From Octopus sinensis (taxonomy: Eukaryota), in the NCBI RefSeq assembly GCF_006345805.1, contig NC_042997.1, positions 95,170,001 to 95,234,000 on the forward strand: a stretch of DNA of 64,000 nucleotides, in the 5' to 3' direction. The first letter of the stretch is position 1. Each line of letters begins with the position of its first letter. The position numbers were made by a program, and so were the translations under genes. The notes beneath the pieces are model-generated. The model worked only from the letters and a program-made list of their open reading frames with translations. It was not told the DNA's origin and did no database searches. This document shows positions 1 to 14,114 of the stretch, one piece after another.

Positions 1-1034
1 ATAATGAAATATTATTTATCTGGCTTACTAGTAATTACGTTAAGTAATTTAACGCTCGTAGATCGCTATATGGAGTACGAAATCATGGCTTGTTTCCACT
101 TCTACGTTGTTCCTATAAATTTCGACTTTTTGAGCGGTCATTTCACCCCTATTAGATAAATTGAGTAACATCACTAAAAATCATTTTTAGCATGAATAAA
201 TCGATGTCGATAGCAACGTGTCTACGAGAGCGAGACAGAGAGAAACGCTACAAGATAAAATGTGAAGAAATACGTGTTGCTATCAGAGTGAATTACATCT
301 CTACTGAAAACAATACCCTGAATATACACAAATTTTCTCAAGGAAAACTACTGTGAAATAACTGTACAGAATGCGCATTTATCTGAGTGAGTGATAGACA
401 GATGTTAAAAATCTTGTATATCGTTACCTTAACTAACAAAACACCTGGCTTAAGCAATAAGAATCTGGCGTGAGTAAAATCATCCACATCGCATGGCTGC
501 ATATATATTTGAAATTTTTCTGTTACCAGTGTGGTAGATTCGACCAGACGCGAGAATTGTGTGCAATCAAATCCGGAATGTAGTCTCTAACAATAACATG
601 AATCGGCACTTACATGTAAAGAGGTTGTACCGTGATTATCCATTCATGTACAATGCTCAGCAACATGCGCAATTTATCTTACTTAATAAATTGAAATTTG
701 TAAAACTTATTTTTCTAATGCCGTTTCGTGATCCGTTTAGTATCCAATTATAGTATCTCTTCAAAGCAAAGCTAAATGAGTCATAATTGAATATTCCAAA
801 TAGAAAAAGAAAAAGCGAAAAATCCTACAATAAATGAACCTTAAAAAAGTAACACACCACTAAATAATAAAATATAGAACGGTAAGTAGGTAAAAAAGTG
901 ATGCACAGGCTTATTAAAAGTTATGGAGTCAAGATAATATTCAATGAAATTTGTTTTGTAAATGCTTATACTGCTTTCTCTAAAACAATTCTTTTTCTGC
1001 GACAAGCGCAAGATTTGAAATCTAGAGGGATGGA

Positions 1035-1418
1035 CAGGTGGATTACATCGACCCAGTGCTCGGCTAGTAGCTACTTTGTCGACCTGAAGTAGATGAAAGG
1101 AAAATCAATCTCGGCTGAATTTAAACTCAGAACGAAAAGTTGGATGAAATGCTGCTAAGAGTTTTGTGCTGCTAACTCACCACACTTTTTTCTATAAAAT
1201 AATATTTTCTGTTACAAACGAAATCTTTGTAATTTTATGGACGCGGAGCTGGTCAATTCCGTCGACCCCAGTTTGTACCCTGGTACTTTTCCTCGACCCC
1301 GAAAGAGCAATAGGCAAAGTTGACCTTGGAACCTCTTGAATTCAGGACGTAAATACGGACAGGATGCAGCTAAGCATTTTCTCCGGCGTACTAACCTTTC
1401 TGCCAGCTCGCCATCCAA
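1035..1418 (+). mobile_element. Two degenerate copies of an abundant SINE-like interspersed repeat
   Basis: Both copies (about 1035-1190 and 1250-1418) share TCGACCCCAG..CTGGTACT..TCGACCCCGAAAG..GGCAAAGTCGACC..GCTAAGCATTT..CTGCCAGCTC with the copies at 9335, 31985, 35905 and 58056. Confidence 0.75.
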
Positions 1419-2461
1419 TTTTTAAAATAAGATAATGAAAACTGTTTTCATCAGAACCAATAACATTAGCAAAACATAATAGTTTACATCGTACTGCAAT
1501 ATGTAACAAAATTTTGCAATAAAATTTGAAGTTACTACATGATACTCAAGCAAAATAAATCAAGAATTTCAGTTTATATAAACGCAATATACAGACATTT
1601 TTGAAAGATGTTATTGTTTTCTCAGAATATTACTATATTTCCATTTACCAGATATAAATTTAAAGCTAATTTGCCAAATATTAGTTTTTAATGATAGTCT
1701 GAAGAATTCATACGATTCAAGTACTGAAGTATGTGATATGAAATTTCGTGTAGTTAATATGAAATATTTTGCCCACTTGTTGATTGTTAACACTTAATTT
1801 AAATTCAATAAACGAATGAATCTGTTTGTCGGAGATTATAGTCATAAATAATAGAGAATAGAATCTGTATGTAAACAACATTATTTAAAATCTTTAAAAA
1901 CTATAATAACATACAAAATCATATAACTGTGCTGTGTCAGCAGTAGCGTTCATATTGTGTTGATGTAAGGAATTAAAGTGATAAATTTATAATGTTTACG
2001 ATTTTTGCCAACAATGTACACACTGGGAAATTATTACAAGATACAGTAAATCTAATTTTCGTTAAGTTTAGCAAGTGTATGTTCGATTGATAATGTGACG
2101 CTTCCTACTGAATACTGCTTCGAAAACAACTCCATCACTCCAGAATTTCTCATAGAAATAAAACGAGATGAAACAAAATAGGCGATACTTTGCAAACTTA
2201 GTTTCCACCAGTCAGAACCTGTTCCTCTCGTTTTCTCTACTTTATCTCTCTCTCTCTCTCCCATATAATATTTGACTGTCATTGATCGTTTAGAACAATG
2301 GTTCCAAAACGTTTTTGGTCTCCGGCCCCCTGGCAGTTATACCACATTACTAGTGATCTCTCCTACAAACATGGACCTCTTCCTACTGTGAGTTTAAAAG
2401 AGCTCTATTTCACAAAAAGACTTAACTTATTTAACCGATTATTTTGTGTTTACAATATGAA

Positions 2462-2465
<4 letters not shown>

Positions 2466-2535
<70 letters not shown>

Positions 2536-2570
2536 TGTATGTATATATATGTATGTATGTATGTATGTAT

Positions 2571-2604
<34 letters not shown>

Positions 2605-2745
2605 GTATGTATGTATATATATATATGTGTGTGTGTGTATGTATATATATATATATGTATGTATGTATGTATATATGTATGTATATATATATGTGTGTGT
2701 GTGTATGTTTATATATATATATATGTATGTATGTATGTATATATG

Positions 2746-2776
<31 letters not shown>
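2466..2776. repeat. Compound (TA)n/(TATG)n microsatellite
   Basis: Seen directly; it produces the spurious YI/MYV ORFs in the track. Confidence 0.97.
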
Positions 2777-2783
<7 letters not shown>

Positions 2784-4619
2784 TACTACGTTTAGTTCAT
2801 AATTGTAATGCGTTGGATAAACATTGCACAAGAATATAAGATTCACGACATCCGGTTGAAAGTTATAAAACAGTCTCAGATCCCAACGCCCAGCAATTTT
2901 CAGTGTGTTTCTTTGTGTAGAAAGAATGTAGGCAATAGCATTGAAGCCACGCTATAAAGAATATGATTTTGGGAAGGCAATAAAGGGCATCTTGACTATG
3001 TTCCATAATGTACGTTAGAAGTCAGCTATGTCATTTTGCAATCAAACATTCTGCCATGATTTTGGAACTTGGCCCCAGCTAAATGAAATCATTTCTTGTT
3101 TCTTAATAACTGATATCTAGGACTCAGAGAGATTGGTATTTTAATCAAAAACAAATATATTGAAATCTGTCAGATATGCCTCTGTACTGATCATCCAGGT
3201 GTGAACAATACATTTAAGTGTCATCTGAGGTTCGAAAACTGGATAAAGTAAAGACGAACGAATGTTACATTTGAATATTTGAAACTTGGATAGAAAGGAA
3301 AAGAGAAATAAAAAGAGAGAGAGAGAGAGATAGAGAGAAAAAGAGAGAGAGAGAGGGAGGGGGGGAGTTGATATAATGTTGATACATTTTTAGCACATTT
3401 CATTGTTGTTGCGAATTAACTTCAATGAACTTTGTGAATATATCTGCCATATGAGCAATGTCATGCTTGTTGATTCTTGGTTCGTCATAAAGAACAGAAT
3501 AGGAATCTTGCAAAAATTTAAAGACTTTTTTTTAAAAAGGGATAGAACCTTTCAGGTAGTTCTCCTTTGACAGGCATAGAATCACTGTGTGCAACAACAC
3601 ACGTTCAAAACATTTAGCATGAAAATATATAAAATAATCAGAAACCAAGTTAAGTGACGATCAGTAACGCTAATATTCCATTCATAAAATGCCTTAAAAT
3701 AATTATACAGTTCCTCACATCAGAAGAAAAATCAAAATGTCAAAATGTTAAAAGTATGAAAGTTTTCTCATTATTATCCTAATTCTACATGATTAAGATA
3801 ATCGCCTTGCGAAATACTAGGTAAAAATCGTAGATGTTATAAAGCAAAACGATGGGTTAAGTTATTTAATGAAATAAAATCTCTTTCTTTCTATTGTATT
3901 TATGTATAGATGTTTGAATTTATGCATTATGTATGCACTTATGTATGTAGCGTGGAAAAATGAGACAGAAAAAGATATATGCTAATATAAATATGTAACA
4001 GAATACTTTATGACCTAAAGATACATGACAATTATCAAATTTCATGAGAATAATCTCAGTTATTGCAGAATTTCTTTTGAAAGTCAGAGGCAAAGTTTAC
4101 ACCACAATGCCGTCGAGAACTATTTTCCCATTCTCTTCCGTTTCAGATAACATTTGAAGACTAAGCTATTCTGGTAATATTTGTAACCACAATCGAGCTT
4201 CAAGAAATAACGTAATTATTTCTTTCTTTTGATATATATTTACGTATTTCTGTGTAAATAGCTAAATGAATTGAAACTGTTATATTTCATATTTCATTTC
4301 CATCATTTTGCATTTGATTTTCAAAGCGGCACACTTCCATTTACATTTCCCGTTGGGAATAATAATATATGTTCACAGATAGGAAAAAATAAACAAAGCG
4401 TCACAAACACATTCATGCACACACACACACACACACACAGACAGACACACACGCACACACACACACACGCACACACAAACATACACAAACTCATGCACAT
4501 ATACACATATATAGAAAGTCAGGGATATAAACATAAAGGATAAAATCATTAAAGTTAATGAATGTTATCAATGACAAGGATATAAAAAATAATCTTGTAG
4601 GTAAAATACATGTATTGTT

Positions 4620-5097
4620 GTGACACCCTTCGGTCATGAATGACCATGAGAATGCACCTACAAAGTTACCCTCTGAGGCACAAGTCTGAGCAAGGCCGTT
4701 TATGGAAGACCAGCAGTCGCCCACGCATACCAACCTCCCCTCTCCACGCCACCGATGTTATCTAAGGGAAAGGCAAAGGCCGATACAACTTGGCACCAGT
4801 GACGTTGCAGCTCATTCATTAACGTGCAAGTGGCTGAGGATTCCACAGACATGTGTACCCTTAACGTAGTTCTCGGAGAGATTCAGCGTGACACAGAGTG
4901 TGACAAGGCTCATCCTTTGAAATACAGATACAACAGAAACAAGAAGAAAGAGTGTGAGAGAGAAAGTTGTGGTGAAAGAGTATAGCAGGGTTCACCACAA
5001 CTCCCTGCTGGAGCATCGTGGAGCTTTAGGTGTTTTCGCTCAATAAACACTCATAATGCCGGTCTGGGAATCGAAACCACTGGGCCATTGCGCCCCG
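4620..5097 (-). mobile_element. Two adjacent SINE remnants
   Basis: On the minus strand, 5097 downward reads GGCGCAATGGCCCAGTGGTTTCGATTCCC, i.e. fused A- and B-box-like motifs. The body at 4960-5060 matches 6365-6490 in the opposite orientation. 4620-4815 resembles the 3' part of the SINE type seen at 22081-22340. Confidence 0.6.
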
Positions 5098-5231
5098 ACA
5101 AAATACATATATAGAGATATATAAATTGTGTAGGATATACATAAGGGCACGGAACCTACTATGCTTATATGCTGAAAATTGACGTCAAAAACGTCCAGCC
5201 ACTGCAAATCATCACTATATATACACCCACA

Positions 5232-5272
<41 letters not shown>

Positions 5273-5336
5273 CACAGAAATGTACCCCCAAAATGCGAGT
5301 ACTTATAAATATTAATGAACATATAGAATTTTATTA

Positions 5337-5703
5337 GTCCACCTCAACACGTGTGTATCTGACAGAATAGTACGGAAGTAAATGAACTAACCCGAAGTGA
5401 ATGGAATATATTTATACATACTCAAAGAATAAAATCATTAAAATTAATGAGTTTTATCAATGGCCATCATATAAAAATAACCTTTTAGGTAGAAAATATA
5501 CTGATTGAATTTTTTATATATATGTATTTAACCTATATGTAAGTTTAATCTAAAAGGTTATTTTTTATATCCCGGCCATTGATAAAACTCATTGGTTTTA
5601 ATGATTTTATCCCTTAATTATGTTTAAATGTATCCTATTCACTTCGCGTCATTTCATTTACTTCTGTACTATTCTGACCAAGTACACACGTGTTTAGGTG
5701 GAG
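5337..5703. mobile_element. MITE (fold-back) with ~165-bp TIRs and TA flanks, copy 1
   Basis: Left end GTCCACCTCAACACGTGTGTA... is the reverse complement of right end ...TACACACGTGTTTAGGTGGAG. TA at 5335-5336 and 5704-5705 is Tc1/mariner-like. A TIR fragment also occurs at about 4538-4610. Confidence 0.85.
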
Positions 5704-5723
5704 TAAGGAAGTGTATGTATAAA

Positions 5724-5754
<31 letters not shown>

Positions 5755-5820
5755 CCCACAGAAATGTACCCCCAAAATGCGAGTACTTATAAATATTAAT
5801 GAACATATAGAATTTTATTA

Positions 5821-6187
5821 GTCCACCTCAACACGTGTGTATCTGACAGAATAGTACGGAAGTAAATGAACTAACCCGAAGTGAATGGAATATATTTATA
5901 CATACTCAAAGAATAAAATCATTAAAATTAATGAGTTTTATCAATGGCCATCATATAAAAATAACCTTTTAGGTAGAAAATATACTGATTGAATTTTTTA
6001 TATATATGTATTTAACCTATATGTAAGTTTAATCTAAAAGGTTATTTTTTATATCCCGGCCATTGATAAAACTCATTGGTTTTAATGATTTTATCCCTTA
6101 ATTATGTTTAAATGTATCCTATTCACTTCGCGTCATTTCATTTACTTCTGTACTATTCTGACCAAGTACACACGTGTTTAGGTGGAG
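5821..6187. mobile_element. Same MITE, copy 2 (inside the tandem duplication)
   Basis: Same sequence as 5337-5703 shifted by 484 bp. Confidence 0.85.
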
Positions 6188-6270
6188 TAAGGAAGTGTAT
6201 GTATAAATATATATATATATATATATATGTTGTGTGTGTGTGTATTATATATGTATGTATGTGTGTGTAA

Positions 6271-6302
<32 letters not shown>

Positions 6303-6364
6303 ATATGTATGAATGTATATTCATCTTCCGTCTTTCATTTGCCGTATATATAACTTTATATATA

Positions 6365-6610
6365 ACAGACCGGGTGTTGCGAGTGTTTATTGAGAGAAAA
6401 TACCTAAAGCTCCATGAGCTCCGGCATGGCGTGGTGGTGATCTCTGCTGTACTCTTTCGCCACAACTTTCTCTTACTCTTGTTTCTGTTGGCCTGCTCGC
6501 TTAGCCAGCGGGGTGGCGTCACTTAAAGGCTAAAACAATGCGAAGCGCATTGTGCCACGCGATGTGTAGCAAAATCCGATAGCCTGGCCGGTCACGGTGA
6601 TCACAATGAT
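6365..6610 (+). mobile_element. Headless SINE fragment
   Basis: GAGTGTTTATTGAGAGAAAATACCTAAAGCTCCA matches the reverse complement of 5020-5055. Confidence 0.6.
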
Positions 6611-6664
6611 ATATATATAGCATGGCCACAGCTCGTGAGCTGAAACTAGTATCAATCAATCAAT

Positions 6665-6732
<68 letters not shown>

Positions 6733-7797
6733 TATGTCAGAAGTAAAAAGGCAACTTTATAATCATTAAAATGTATTTCAATCTGAAATTATTCATTCAA
6801 ATTATTTATTGTTACAATTTGAATATTTAATATTTTGTAGATATGCCCCTTGCATTTTACAATGCAAGTGCATTATTAGACCTGTTGCTGATCAGATAAC
6901 GAATATGTTCTTGCGGAATTTCATGCAGTAATATAAATAGATCTAGCTTTGAAGATACTTTCTTGTTCTTTTTTATGACATGTGCTGTCCATTACGTCCC
7001 AGAGGTGCTCAAAATGGTTTGGGGAAGTTTACTTTATAGCAATGTTGACATATCTCGTACTCCTAGAACTCTCAATTGCAGAATTTAATATGAAGGTTAA
7101 GATCCAAGACAATGTTTAAAATTTAACACGTAATATAAGTAACACATAATTTAATATACTTACGACGGTTAACGATATATTTCTCTAAACACTAGATGTT
7201 TGCACTTGACTAGCAAGATAATCTTTACAAAACGTGAATGATGTCATACTTCTTGTATAAAATACATTTGGCTTTCAGTGGTTTTTACATTTGTTTCTCG
7301 AATTCGAAAGGAATCCATCCAATTTCAGTAGATGAAATTTTAGATTATACATACGGAGAAGTAATGATAATGAAGTTCACAAATGCATTTAATCAATTGA
7401 CTTTGTATTCACTAATGTTATATAACGATAATCAATATAAGGCATTCTTGGAAGTTTATATAAAATCTTAATTTCATTGTGAATACTTTTAGATTTTGCG
7501 GAAGAAATGCGAAAATACATATACCCAATTAAGTAAAAAGCATGGCTTTTATATTACATTACAGTAGCTAACAATTTACTCTGATTAGGCATACACAATT
7601 TGTCTTTCGTTTTAGTTATTGTCTAGGAATAGAAATATGTCTTTGCAATAAATAAATCGTAATCTTGTTTGTTTACGTAAGTTACATTGTTTGTTTTTAG
7701 TAGTCATGTTATGATTAAAATCCCAATATGTGCATTAACGTGTAGTCATGTAAATATTATTAATGAGCAGCCTATAAAAGTTTGAAGAGTAAATATT

Positions 7798-7955
7798 TGC
7801 ATGGCTGTGTTTTAAGAAGTTTATTTCTCAATTACATGATTGCGTGTTCAGTCCCACCACGTGGTTACTTGGGCAAGTCGCTTCTATTATAACTTCGGAC
7901 TGCCCAAAATTTTGCTAGTGGATTCAGTAGAGGTAAACCGAAAAGATGTCCTTTG
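7798..7955 (+). mobile_element. Degenerate tRNA-derived SINE
   Basis: TGGCTGTG..TAAGAAG..GTTCAGTCCCAC..TTGGGCAAG..GTGGATT..GTAGA motifs shared with 44700-44866 and 60845-60990. Confidence 0.7.
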
Positions 7956-8072
7956 TATATGTATACACACACCAAACACACAGGCTCATAGAGAAACACA
8001 CATAATTATGTATATATGAATGTATATATATAATATATATACACATAGATGTATATTTATACACTTACATAT

Positions 8073-8128
<56 letters not shown>

Positions 8129-8275
8129 CACCCTTACATATATATATATGTGTGTATATGCACCCTTAGTTGCAAGTAGTGACTACAAAGCTTTTCCTTT
8201 ATGGCTTAATGGTATTGTACTGGGCCTAGCTGCTTATATTGATTTTTAATATACACATTAAAATATCACTAAATC

Positions 8276-8373
<98 letters not shown>

Positions 8374-8394
8374 GCGTGTATATCTCTTTGAGTC

Positions 8395-8580
8395 TTTGAG
8401 TTTGTGATTGATCAGCTCCTTAATGTGTGGTGCATTGTTTATGTCCTCATAACTTAGCGTTTCGGTAAAGTGAGCGATAGAGTAAGTATCTGGGCCTAAC
8501 CTCTTCAGCAAAGGGCGTTCAGGTCGATGCCCTGCATATGGCTGCTGTCCAACGCATCAGATGATTGATAAAAATAAAAA
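8395..8580 (+). mobile_element. 3' module of the composite SINE, degenerate
   Basis: TTTATGTCCTCATAACTTAGCGTTTCGGTAAAG..GATAGAGTAAGTA matches the reverse complement of 60640-60715. Confidence 0.55.
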
Positions 8581-9334
8581 TATAAACGATGAAGCAGGTT
8601 GAATCAAATATAGAAAAAAATCATAAAAGGAAATTCAACATTTTATATCGTAATAGACATCGATGCATATTTAACGATTATGCTCTGCATAAATATCATT
8701 GATTTCTCTCTTCATCATGAGGTTCAACATTTGTTCCAATTCTAATTCCATGACTAACTGCAATTCTCTTCGCCCTCATATAATATATTGAGAATAATAG
8801 CAACTGTCCCCTATGCATTTGCAACGAGATGTTACTGAGTTAACTACTTTCGTAACTCTGTGTTAGAAGGAGAAAAACGATGTTCAAATTAACATTCCTA
8901 ACACGACTCTGGTGAAATTGATGCAGGCAAGTCTCCCGTTTAGGGGTAGAATGTATACAGCTGCAGCCACAAAATATATAAAGACTAACGAAAATTATTG
9001 TATATATGAAGTATGATGTTAACGTTTTGCAGCATTTCTTAAGAAAGAGTGTTTTCTTTATGCATATGTGATTCGTGTGATTCGAGACAAGAATCATAAA
9101 CACAATCCATTTCAAACTAACTGTATATTTATATATTTAACATTTGCAGAATACAACCACGAGTAGTGCGTTACGGGTCAGTACCTTGAGGGATTCGTTT
9201 TTCTGCGTAGTGTAAGCAAAAGATGATTGAAATACAGAACGACAACATATTTGAAATCGTTTGTCAATTAATGTATTCCACTTCACATTTTGTCAAACTG
9301 TATTAAATATTGGTGTACATTTAATATCTGTTTC

Positions 9335-9558
9335 TTTATTACCCACAAGAGGCTAAACATAGAGGGGGCAAACAAGGACAGACAAACGGATTAAGTCGAT
9401 TACTTCGACTCCAGTGCGTAACTGGTACTTAATTTATCGACCCTGAAAGGATGAAAGGCAAAGTCGACCTCGGCAGTATTTGAACAAAGAACGTAACGAT
9501 AGACGAAATACGGCTACGCATTTCAACCGGCGTGCTAACGGTTCTGCCAGCTCACACA
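9335..9558 (+). mobile_element. Abundant SINE-like repeat
   Basis: High similarity to the reverse complement of 58056-58290. Confidence 0.85.
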
Positions 9559-9897
9559 TTTATAGAGATTGTAACTTAGTATCTTTTGACTTTGCCCATT
9601 GTTATATGTTACCAAAACGAAAATATATCTTTCGAAAAACAGCCGTTTTATTTGAGTCCATAATTGAATATATACATCGTTTTGAACAGAAATTCACTTA
9701 GGGGCGAAAGTAGGACCTAGCATATCTTTTCAATCTTTATAGTAAACTTTGTCACTGATTCGTCTGTGTTTGTTGGTACAGAACTACATGACAATGTTAA
9801 TGTTGCAAATATTTGGGACGAATTATTTCACACTTCATATATTTTGTAATGCCTACAAAAGTCTTATAGTTTGAATAAGCACTTTACTTCCCGGCAG

Positions 9898-9952
9898 ATT
9901 AGAGCTGGAATATTATTACCGATTCTAGACGACTTTTTTAATGGATATTCAG
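9898..9952 (+). other. Candidate internal exon (55 bp), IRAGILLPILDDFFNGYS
   Basis: Acceptor ctttacttcccggcag and donor CAG|gtaatt; only one of three frames is open. Product not recognised. Confidence 0.25.
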
Positions 9953-12477
9953 GTAATTTGCTGAATTGATGGTTACCTAGAATATTTCGCTCTTGTGTAA
10001 CGCTAAACATCTCTGGAATTGCATTGAATGTATAACTTCGTAATGAATGAACTTATTTAGCTAAAGGTTTTAAATCAAAATCAACTATGTATCTCAAAGT
10101 TGTGTACATATATTCGATGTTAATAAAAATGTATAGATATTTAATAAACTCACTTGCAAACCAGATTAGTATGAACGGAACCAACATTATAAAGATAGTT
10201 AACTGCAATAACAAAAGAAATATTTGTGATAAAAAAAAATGTTTCCCATCGATTCCTCACTATACACTTTTCGTCGACGAAATCACTTCTATTGATCTAC
10301 TTATGAATTATTACTGGACTGTAGTCCGCTATGCGTACAATCTTCAAAATCTTCTAAACATCATATCTATCCGATTGCTTAAACTTGTACTTATATTATT
10401 GATTTTTAGGTTATTCGTGAATACGTTTGTCACAATAGTTTCCTATTTATGGACTAAATACATAGTTCACACAAAATATAATTATATATACTTGCTTTTC
10501 ACAACGCAATTACACTCCAAAACAATTATCCAACCCAAAACAATGTAAGCAGTGAGATTTTTTGCGGGTTTTATGCGAACTTCTGTTTTCCATTATCATG
10601 TTTGCATCACAGTGGCATTTATGAAAAGAAATTTTACTATTATATTTCATTTTTCTTTTAATTCTACTTTGGTAATTTTATAGTTACATTGCACTTTATA
10701 TCTGAATTCAATAAATCTCTAGTGCTTAGCAGTATTTTTCTATTACGAGATAAATGAATGTCTTTCATCAAAATTAACTCAAACTAGCGTAAGATTAGTT
10801 ATTGGGAGCTGAGATGTTCTAATTTCAATTCTTAGGCAAATGTTGAGAGCTTATTGTGGAAAACAGACGCATTTAACAGAATAAATGCAATGTAAATAAA
10901 CGTATATCCATACACTAGGCAACAATGACACGTGGGTTCTATTTTCCTTTCAGAGTCAATGGCAGAAATTCACACCAGAGAATCCTGATAAGTCAAAAAA
11001 GAAAACTAACGTGAATTACATAACTCATTTTCATTCGCAAAACATGCAGTAACAGGTAAGTAAAAGAAGTGAAAAGTTGAAGAAGTACTCATTTAATCGA
11101 GTATCAAATAATATTCCGCTTTAGATCTGAACAAGATGTTTCAAATCAATTCATATATATTTCCAAATCAATTGGAATTTTGAAACAATTTAGTGAATAA
11201 ACAAACATTCTGCTCGTCGTTTCAGATTAAATTTCATTCATAATGTATATTATTTGTTACAAATATTGGATTGTTACTAAATGGGGTGTGAAAATGTAGC
11301 CATAAAATCAGTATTCAATGGGTAAAAAAAAACATTCTATCTCAATGTAGTTAAAATGTAACATGCAAATTTTGAAATACAGGCAGAATTTTGAAATTTA
11401 TATCTTTTATTTTACTTGGTGTAACCACGAAGAAGACTTGCGACATGTATACCTCGTTGGCATGAAATAATCAATTAAAAATATAATAACATGAAACACA
11501 TTTCCCAAACATTGTAAACCCGGTAAATATTGTGATTACTTCAAGAAGCTTTTCACGGACTATAAATACAAATTAATCTTACTATAAATCCAAATTAGTT
11601 TAACATACAAGGTGAAAGTTTAGACGTAGATGTAGCAGATTGTTTTCACAAAACATTTTTAAGGGAATGAAAGCTCGTAACACAACAATTGTTGAACATG
11701 CATGTTTGTAAAGAAATACTTGGAAAGTGAATTTTGAAATGAGGAGGCCAATGAAATTAGAAAAATAGTACACCCAGTTGTATATCATCTACTAATATTG
11801 TTGAGATGCCTGTAGTTGTTGCGATAGTAGTTATGAATGATAGAAAACATTATTGCATTATATATTGCATTATTGTATTATATAGAACACATCATTGCAA
11901 TTTAATGAAACGACGACTAGAAATATAATGTTTTACTTAATATAATCTGTAGTCTCCCTCAGGATATTAGCATATCCCATCAGTTCTTGCTCCTTAGGGA
12001 AAATTAAATAAATTGATAGTCTAGAATTATACACGCTGCGTACATGTGTTGGTATTTGAAGTTGTACTGATCTAAATATGAATACAGAATCGTAAAAGCA
12101 TCAAACTAGAGATAGTTACACTTTGTCTCAAGACCTACAAATTTTTATGATCAAGGCCATAAACTTTAATTTAAAAACCTTCTTGGTGGTGTTTTCACAT
12201 AGTTGATAATATAAAAACTAAGTAACAGAAATTGTGTGCTATTACAATACTGTGCGTACTTCTGATTACTGATAGTAAATCCTTATATTTCCACGTTAAT
12301 TTGAGGCTGATTGGCTGGTATTAATGGAGTAAATTTTTAATCAAATGAATATCAACTGAGCAAACCCAATCAATATTATTTTCGAGAGTTAAAATGAACG
12401 AAAATCTTCTGAATTATACAGCATAGCGCGCAAAGCTAGTTTAAAAGCTTCAATTCAGGTTGTGAGTATATAAAATA

Positions 12478-13342
12478 CTAGCATTAAAGACCCGTCGTTT
12501 CCGGGTCATAGTGGTAGGGCATGTATATATGTGTATATATATGTGTACATATTACATGTACATCAATATATATACATCTACACATAAAATGCAAAATACA
12601 AAGTTACATCTTGATATCGCTAGTGATAACAATACTGAAAATATATAACAGGCTGGAATTGTTAGCTCTTCTTTTTTTCTCTACATTGTATCCTTTATAG
12701 ACAATAGTCGTTTCTGTAACTTAATTTTTTATTATCCATCTGGACTATTCCATTTCTGCACACTAATTTTATTTTTAATTTATTCCCATTCACGTGAAAT
12801 CACTTATTCAAGTTCAAGACATTGATGCAATTTTATACCAATTGCTATTTTTACTTTTGTTATGCTACGATTATATTATACTTTAGTTTGATTTTAATTA
12901 TTACTTGCTACATAAAATTCAATTGTTATTATTATGAAAGCATCTGACATAAAATAGAGAAATAGTTTTGTTTCACTTTTAACACGTAATACTGAAATAG
13001 TGGAGAAGATATGATATTGCTATGGGCTCGCTCTAGGCAAGAAGTTGAACCTTTTTTTGCCCATGAACCTACATGGACCCTAAGTAAGGGATGTATAAAA
13101 TTTGAATGAAATTGGTTGTGTAGTTCTCAAGTTTTAGGGAATTGTAGTGGAGAAGATATGATATTGCTGTGGGCTCGCCCTAGGCAAAAAGTTTAAAATG
13201 TTTCGCCGATGACACTCCCCGGACCCTAAGTAAAGCATGTGTAAAATTTGAATGAAATTGGTTGTGTAGTTCTCAAGTTTTAGGGAAACACACAGACAGA
13301 CAGACAGACAGACACACATTCTGAGTTTTATATATATAAAGA
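12478..13342 (-). mobile_element. Non-autonomous Helitron, copy 1
   Basis: Minus strand begins A|TCTTTATATATATAAAACTCAG and ends CTAG|T, inserted between A and T with no TSD. Hairpin GACCCG-7nt-CGGGTC at 12489-12507 lies 7 nt from CTAG. Contains a (CAGA)n tract and an internal ~147-bp duplication (12999/13146). Confidence 0.88.
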
Positions 13343-13366
13343 TAATTTCAAACTTACAAATCCTAC

Positions 13367-13479
13367 CTATGGAGAATGTGTGAATGTTACTTTGCAGAAG
13401 ATTGCATTCAAAATTCAACATTAGAAACAGCGTACATAAACTCGTATCTTCTGGAACTCCATCAATCACGTACATATAT
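13367..13479 (-). other. Candidate exon (113 bp), YMYVIDGVPEDTSLCTLFLMLNFECNLLQSNIHTFSI
   Basis: Acceptor tctcattttctttgttag and donor TAG|gtagga; one open frame. Product not recognised. Confidence 0.28.
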
Positions 13480-14114
13480 CTAACAAAGAAAATGAGAAAT
13501 AAGACAATATCACCTTCGGGTAACTTGGAAGATAATATAAGGGTGCATGTGCGTCTCTAGCATTCACTTCGGAATGCCGAAGTATGGCATTAACAAGAAG
13601 CATTATTTCTTTATTAAAAGTGTCAGTGTTATACTTTTTTCTGTTTTTCTAATTTTCTTTAAATCAAACTGACTGAATAACTATGTTACATGATAATTTG
13701 TTTGTAATAACATATTAGTTTTTCGCAGATATAGAAACTAAGAAAAAGGAGTTTTACATACAACACTTTGCTCTTCCTTGCAATTACTGATACAAATCGT
13801 TGGTAATGATTTTGGAGAGGATAACATAGTAACGAAGTGCCATGGTGGTACAGGTACAAGTTTACAAGTGTCACTAAGGAAAGAAGATTGAGCCTAGCTA
13901 GCATATGATATCCCTATAATAAGAAGAACATAATCTACAGAATCTTATATAATTTCTACTACTCATATAGTACAATAATTTTCCCAATTTTCTTTTAAAA
14001 TTATTACTGAGTTACAGAAATGATACTACTTTGACAACTAGTGTGAGTGAAAAGTATGTTCAATTTAGGTTATTTAAAGCGTGAACTTACATGTAGTTAG
14101 TTGCACCGACTTAC

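Larger units (their letters stand above)
5271..6210. repeat. Tandem duplication, period 484 bp, bounded by (TA)n tracts
   Basis: CCCACAGAAATGTACCCCC starts at 5271 and 5755; the two copies look identical by eye. Confidence 0.95.

Noticed and set aside
2294-2345. hAT/Charlie-like terminus CAATGGTTCCAAAAC
   Set aside because: No matching second TIR or TSD found.
2444-2839. YI/MYV/CV/HT-rich ORFs here and at many other loci in the ORF track
   Set aside because: They are translations of (TA)n, (TATG)n and (CA)n microsatellites.
3100-3260. Faint similarity to the HHR-array family
   Set aside because: Only short word matches and no HHR core; cannot be supported by eye.
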